Sequence record: DRR723986_6741
DNA length: 51,902 bases
Reading direction: 5' to 3' (one strand)
Within the stretch, counting starts at the first letter, position 1; each line of letters starts with the position of its first letter. A model generated the notes under the pieces. It was not told where the DNA came from. It searched no databases and saw only the letters and a list, made by a program, of their open reading frames with translations. Below are positions 47,174 to 51,902 of the stretch, in pieces. A program made the translations under genes and the position numbers.

Positions 47174-48973
47174 CTACCATTCTCTTCCTACAGGAATTAC
47201 TTTCCAGTTTTGGTCGAAATAAGGAGTTTGCTTATAGAACCAGGAATAAATGGTTCTAGGGGATTTTGCAAAGTCTGGATTTGAAGCTTTTTCTTCCTCA
47301 AATAGCATTTTCAAATCTGCATCTTCGGATAGCATCTTAGCGATCAAAGGCTCCATAATGTAGGTTTCCATGTATTCTGTCTGAGAAAATATCGAATTGA
47401 AATATCCCCACTGAAAAAAGCTATCCACAGATTCTGGCTCGAGCAAAATCACAGCAAGTTCACCGAGAGCTTGATCAGTAGGTACCCTTACAGATCCAGG
47501 ATTTAAAGTCAGCTTTCGGTATGTTTTATCCAATTCAAATCTTTGCACCCGCATTAATCCTTCATATGGCTGATTTCCCATGGAAAAACTGGTGACTGTG
47601 GATAACTCGACATTCACTTCTCTTGCTTCATTAATGGTTTCAAATTGAATTCCATGTTGTTTTAGCTTTGTGATTACATCTGTCCATTCTACTGGAACCC
47701 AGTAAGCTTTTGGAACTGAAACCGACAGCTCAGGCACATCCATGAAAATGCTAGGGACTGACTGGGTCACAGGTTTTCCTTCCCACTTCACATATTCTGC
47801 TCCAGTTATTTCGGATTTTACTTTTGAAGAAGCTATTCCAAGAAATTTCATTGAATCAGCCGGGGTATCCCGGAATTTGAATTTGACCGGAATAGACTCT
47901 TTCGGTTGATTGGAATCAGATTCGACTGCTTTTTGTAGTGCAGCATAATGATTCCCCAGAGATTTGATCGCTTGCTCTAAAAACACATAAGTGCCTAAAA
48001 CACGCTGCTCGAATGGTTTCAGTGAGTGATTTTCAATCAGGATAGAAGCCATGTGTCGGATATCACCATAGGTATGAGAGAATCGTGGACTGAAGGAAAA
48101 AGCGACATTTCCCGCAGAGAAATCATTGCCATTTGCTGCGAATAGCAAGGGGCCGGGAATGTGTCCTTGGTCCTTTAAGGCTTGATCTACTTCTGGCTGA
48201 AATTTGGTAGAAAGCCAAGATGAAATTTCCGGGGAATATCCGCCAGTGGCTACGTAGCCGTAAGTAATGTCATATTGATAGTCTGCCCCGTCAGTGACAT
48301 GGATGTCAATGTATAAATCAGGATCGTAGCTGTTGATAACTTCTGTCACAGCTTGTATTCCTGCAGTCTCCAACTTGGTATAATCTCTATTCAGATTGAG
48401 ATTTACGGCGTTTGTTCTCCAGCCCATTTCTTTAGGACCTCGCTGATTTACTCTCCCATATTCACTTCTTCTTTCATGACCGTCAACATTTAGAATTGGA
48501 ATGAAAAGTAGGTTGGCGTTATCTAATAAGCCTATTTTGCTCCCTTGGCTAATATCTCTAAGCAACATCATACCCGCATCTTTTCCATCTATTTCGCCTG
48601 CATGAATTCCTGCTTGAAAGAAAATCAGAGGTTTGGATGATGTGGATAATTTATCTGAACTGAATTCCTTATTCTTTGAACCAATCACAAGTTTAATCGG
48701 TCTTCCTTGTTCGCTTATACCTGCAGTGACTAGCTCGAGATATTCAGAGTTTGCGACTAATTTCTCTATCCATGCCATTGTTTCGGCATAAGTAGGCGAT
48801 TCTAATCCATCGGAAAGCTCAAAAGGAGTAACCCATTTTGCAGACTTATCCACAAGCAATTCTTTGCTATTACCATTCCAGGGAATAGTTGGAGGCATGA
48901 TATCTTGTGCAAAAATGAAGGTTGGTGTAGCGAAAAGAAGGAGAGCCAGAACTAGATGCTGAAGTAATTTCAT
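47174..48973 (-). CDS. Secreted M14-family zinc carboxypeptidase
   Basis: GIHAGE (HxxE), NVDG, NLNRD, DIH; signal peptide. Confidence 0.9.
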   Translation of the reverse strand: MKLLQHLVLALLLFATPTFIFAQDIMPPTIPWNGNSKELLVDKSAKWVTPFELSDGLESPTYAETMAWIEKLVANSEYLELVTAGISEQGRPIKLVIGSKNKEFSSDKLSTSSKPLIFFQAGIHAGEIDGKDAGMMLLRDISQGSKIGLLDNANLLFIPILNVDGHERRSEYGRVNQRGPKEMGWRTNAVNLNLNRDYTKLETAGIQAVTEVINSYDPDLYIDIHVTDGADYQYDITYGYVATGGYSPEISSWLSTKFQPEVDQALKDQGHIPGPLLFAANGNDFSAGNVAFSFSPRFSHTYGDIRHMASILIENHSLKPFEQRVLGTYVFLEQAIKSLGNHYAALQKAVESDSNQPKESIPVKFKFRDTPADSMKFLGIASSKVKSEITGAEYVKWEGKPVTQSVPSIFMDVPELSVSVPKAYWVPVEWTDVITKLKQHGIQFETINEAREVNVELSTVTSFSMGNQPYEGLMRVQRFELDKTYRKLTLNPGSVRVPTDQALGELAVILLEPESVDSFFQWGYFNSIFSQTEYMETYIMEPLIAKMLSEDADLKMLFEEEKASNPDFAKSPRTIYSWFYKQTPYFDQNWKVIPVGREW

Positions 48974-49215
48974 GTTTGGTGGTTGTTTGCTTAAATATCG
49001 GAAGTACTTCGATAGTAGCGAATCATTTTTAGTTAAAAAGCCAATTGTTCATTTAAACGCACAGAAGCCCAGTCTGAAATGGACTAGCCCCCAAAAGAAG
49101 ACCGGGCTTAGGGATTTTCAGTCGCTTACTGAGTGCTAATTCATAGGAAACACAAACGGCAGCACTTGGATATTTTTTGCTCAAATGCCCACTTGACTAA
49201 TCTATTCGCTCTGTC

Positions 49216-51747
49216 TTACTGTCCTACCATAAAGATCGCGTTACTCAAAATCAGTTTACCAGACTCCCAGAAACCTCTGAAAATTGGATCATCCACGAAG
49301 TAAACAATTTCTCCACGGCCAGCTCTCTCTACTCCTATTGCCAGTGACTCACCCATGCTGGATTTGATTTTAAATCCAATATAACCGGTTCTGTACGCAT
49401 CGTTATTTGCAATTATTCCGGCATTTGCTCCATTGCTTAGGTAGGTGAATTTGTTAGAATTGTTTTTAAGGGCATAGTATTTCCCACCAGTTCCATAGCC
49501 GAGTGGATGAGTTTCATCCATCGTTATTTGGTAAATTGCCCCGGCTGTTCCTCTTGAAATTGCCACACGTTCACCCTCTTGGTAGGGAGTTAACCGCTCT
49601 GCTTTTGCTAAGGAATCCAGTTTCTTTTTTGCAGCTTTTTTCTCATCATCACTATCGAAAGTCTTCAGATCAAAGCCCTCTTTGTCCGCGAATAAATTCA
49701 AAGCACCATCGATGGCAATTAGTTTTCCTCCGCCTCGAACCCATTGCATTACGTTTTCTTCAGCTGATTTGCTCAATCCTCCACCACGCATGGAAGGCAT
49801 GATGAGCACTGTGTATTTATTTAGGTCGTAGCGACCCATATTATCTAGTTCCAGATTTACCAGTGGATAATTCAGGTCTTTTTCGAAGAAATGCCATAGT
49901 GCACCGTAGTTCAGCGAATTTGTTCCTTCTCCGCCTACTAGCGCTACTTTTGGTGCTTGGATTACGCGGATATTAGGCGAGCCAAAGTCTTTTCCTTTAT
50001 CCACATAGCCGCTCATGGTGGTAGCAAGCGTCACCCCAAATTTATTGGCGATCTCAATTACCTTTTGGTCGAAATTCGGCACATACTCATTGCCTCCTTT
50101 GGTAATCATCAGAGATCCAGCGGAGAAGCTTTTTCCTTCTACTTCAAAAGGAAACTCATTGTATTTAACACGAATATCTGCCTTGAGTAAGGCTGATAGG
50201 AATGCCACATCATTGGTTCCTTGCCAAGAGGCAATGTATGCGACCGGAGTTTTGCCGGCCACATTTGCAGAAAAGGCAGGTTTCTCGTATTCTCCTGCTG
50301 CGTTCACACGGGTTTCTAAGGCATACGCCTCCAATCCGTAAGCATACGGCATGGACCAGCTTGTGATGTCATAAGTGATACTGTCATTTAAAACTGGATT
50401 TGGCTCAAATAATAGTTGCGTCAAAACTGCTTTTGGCTGGTAAGCATTGATGATAATGTCTTCCTCGCTTGTAGAGAAAGATTCACTTTTCCCAGAAGTA
50501 TAGGATAAGCCTTTCAAACCAGATTTAGCTCCTGCCTTTCCATAGGTGATTTTATTTTTATCCAGAAGTTCAAGCAGCTTGGCTACCTGGGCAGGATTGC
50601 TTTCTCCCTTGATTACAAAGCTTTTGTATTGGCCTTTTGGAGATGAAGAGTTTTCATCGAAGAATTTCTCAAACTCGGAAAGTAATTTTTCAGCGTTTTT
50701 GCTGGTTACTTCTGCAGCCGACATCGCTGCGGTATAGTGGCCTTGAATTCTGTAGCTCAATGTCACCGTGTCTCCTACAGCATCAAATCCGCCAACTCCA
50801 GCTTGACCGCCACCACCTTGCTCGATAGTCATGCCGATAGCTCCGTTGAACATCGGATAAGAATCCCCATAGGATGGGTAAAGTAGATCGAAACGCTCCT
50901 TGGTGAAATAAAACCTTCCCACTTCATCGAAGTATTTGGCAGTGTTTCTACCAAAAGTATCCTGAAACTCGTGCTGCCACTCAGTCAACTGCTCATGAAG
51001 TGGTTCGGCAGCTGGTGCCATGTAAAAGGGATTGTTGATGCCTTGCTCGTGGAAATCCAAATGAAGCTGAGGCATCCACTGGTTGTAAAGCTTCATTCTA
51101 GCTTGAGATTCTACTTGAACTTGCCATGCCCAATCTCGATTCAAATCAAATAAGTAGTGATTTGCACGTCCGCCCGGCCAAGGTTCATTATGCTCTACAG
51201 ATTGCAAATCAGGCTGAAGGGTAGTGTTCATTTTCTGATTGTACCAATTGGAGTAGCGATCGCGACCATCAGGGTTGATACATGGATCTATAATGACCAC
51301 CTGATTTTTCAACCATTCTTGTGACTTGGCATTTTCAGGATTTGCTAAGGTGTAAAAAGAAGAAATCGCAGCTTCCATGCCTACAGACTCGTTTCCATGC
51401 ACGTTGAAAGACATCCAGTTGATCGGAACAGAGGTAGAAGGATCGCCTTCAAGCATTCCTGTTCTCTTCAGGTTATCGGTTCGTATTTGTTCCAGATTGG
51501 CCATGTTTTCCGAACTCGAAAGAATAGCCACAATCAGCGGACGCTTTTCGTTTGTTTCGCCGTATTGGATGAGTTTCACATTTGGATTATTAGCTGCTAC
51601 ATGCTCAAAATAGTCAACCATGCGGTGATGAGGAGTGAAGCGATCACCGGGTTTGTAGCCCAAAAACTGCTCAGGGGTCTGAATTTGAGCCCATGAACTA
51701 ATGGTGTTCGAAAAAATGAATAATGATAAGAGTAAGAGTTTTTTCAT
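49216..51747 (-). CDS. Secreted M14-family zinc carboxypeptidase with C-terminal GATase-like domain
   Basis: VHGNE, NPDG, DLNRD, DFHE; C-terminal WVRGGGKLIAI; signal peptide. Confidence 0.9.
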   Translation of the reverse strand: MKKLLLLSLFIFSNTISSWAQIQTPEQFLGYKPGDRFTPHHRMVDYFEHVAANNPNVKLIQYGETNEKRPLIVAILSSSENMANLEQIRTDNLKRTGMLEGDPSTSVPINWMSFNVHGNESVGMEAAISSFYTLANPENAKSQEWLKNQVVIIDPCINPDGRDRYSNWYNQKMNTTLQPDLQSVEHNEPWPGGRANHYLFDLNRDWAWQVQVESQARMKLYNQWMPQLHLDFHEQGINNPFYMAPAAEPLHEQLTEWQHEFQDTFGRNTAKYFDEVGRFYFTKERFDLLYPSYGDSYPMFNGAIGMTIEQGGGGQAGVGGFDAVGDTVTLSYRIQGHYTAAMSAAEVTSKNAEKLLSEFEKFFDENSSSPKGQYKSFVIKGESNPAQVAKLLELLDKNKITYGKAGAKSGLKGLSYTSGKSESFSTSEEDIIINAYQPKAVLTQLLFEPNPVLNDSITYDITSWSMPYAYGLEAYALETRVNAAGEYEKPAFSANVAGKTPVAYIASWQGTNDVAFLSALLKADIRVKYNEFPFEVEGKSFSAGSLMITKGGNEYVPNFDQKVIEIANKFGVTLATTMSGYVDKGKDFGSPNIRVIQAPKVALVGGEGTNSLNYGALWHFFEKDLNYPLVNLELDNMGRYDLNKYTVLIMPSMRGGGLSKSAEENVMQWVRGGGKLIAIDGALNLFADKEGFDLKTFDSDDEKKAAKKKLDSLAKAERLTPYQEGERVAISRGTAGAIYQITMDETHPLGYGTGGKYYALKNNSNKFTYLSNGANAGIIANNDAYRTGYIGFKIKSSMGESLAIGVERAGRGEIVYFVDDPIFRGFWESGKLILSNAIFMVGQ

Positions 51748-51902
51748 AAGGAGTAGGTTTTTAATCCACCTGAAATTTAAGATGATTTGTGAATTGCCTT
51801 ACCACCGATTAAAAAAAGACTTGGTAAGCAAGGTTAAATAAGTAAAAGCTAATTTTCTTATATGATTATCCCCAATGATGCCAGTCACCTTAGATTCTTT
51901 GC

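Noticed and set aside
49131-49190. SAM-II/SAM-V riboswitch call
   Set aside because: Only partial resemblance; the key 3' A-tract is absent and gene context is unrelated. Kept only as an unknown structure.
516-51696. Numerous short antisense or alternate-frame ORFs (e.g. 1560-1952, 19831-20229, 26705-27061, 28844-29263, 34488-34874)
   Set aside because: They lie within well-supported genes and have no motifs; these are shadow ORFs.
51794-51902. Hairpin at 51794-51831 and a possible ORF start at ATG 51862 (MIIPNDASHLRFF...)
   Set aside because: Imperfect stem and only 13 codons before the window ends; cannot be supported.
1-51902. Mobile elements, prophage, defence systems, tRNA/rRNA
   Set aside because: No integrase, transposase, nuclease-effector, cloverleaf or rRNA signature recognised, and no obvious compositional island.

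Overview
About 52 kb of mostly core chromosome from a member of the Bacteroidota. Support: TAnnTTTG promoter elements, gldE, a bS22-type ribosomal protein, TonB-dependent receptors and DUF3857 proteins. A Cyclobacteriaceae/Algoriphagus-like origin is my impression only. I see about 41 protein-coding genes. They include deoC, tadA, sodA, mtgA, yjjX, yebC, ndh, gltBD, gldE, ssb, mutY, HU, RNase E/G, two phosphate-transporter-like genes, a ClC-CBS protein, a TBDR + LytS/LytTR module and three metallopeptidases. Two real genes are missing from the ORF track: a 5'-partial BioF-like PLP enzyme (<1..527, minus) and a 29-aa bS22-like protein (37924..38013). I found no rRNA, tRNA, CRISPR, transposase, phage or defence genes. 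The strongest unexplained signal is the DnaA box TTATCCACA. Three perfect copies cluster in the 19.4-19.8 kb intergenic region (candidate oriC or DnaA-box cluster). Nine more perfect copies lie inside coding sequence between 41 and 50 kb, in both orientations and three codon registers. Other candidates are a minus-strand sRNA near 23.7 kb, a 21-bp-period LytTR operator, an 11-bp-period Pho-box-like repeat ahead of a PiT-like transporter, and an active/inactive transglutaminase-like gene pair. All calls come from motif recognition by eye; no searches were run.
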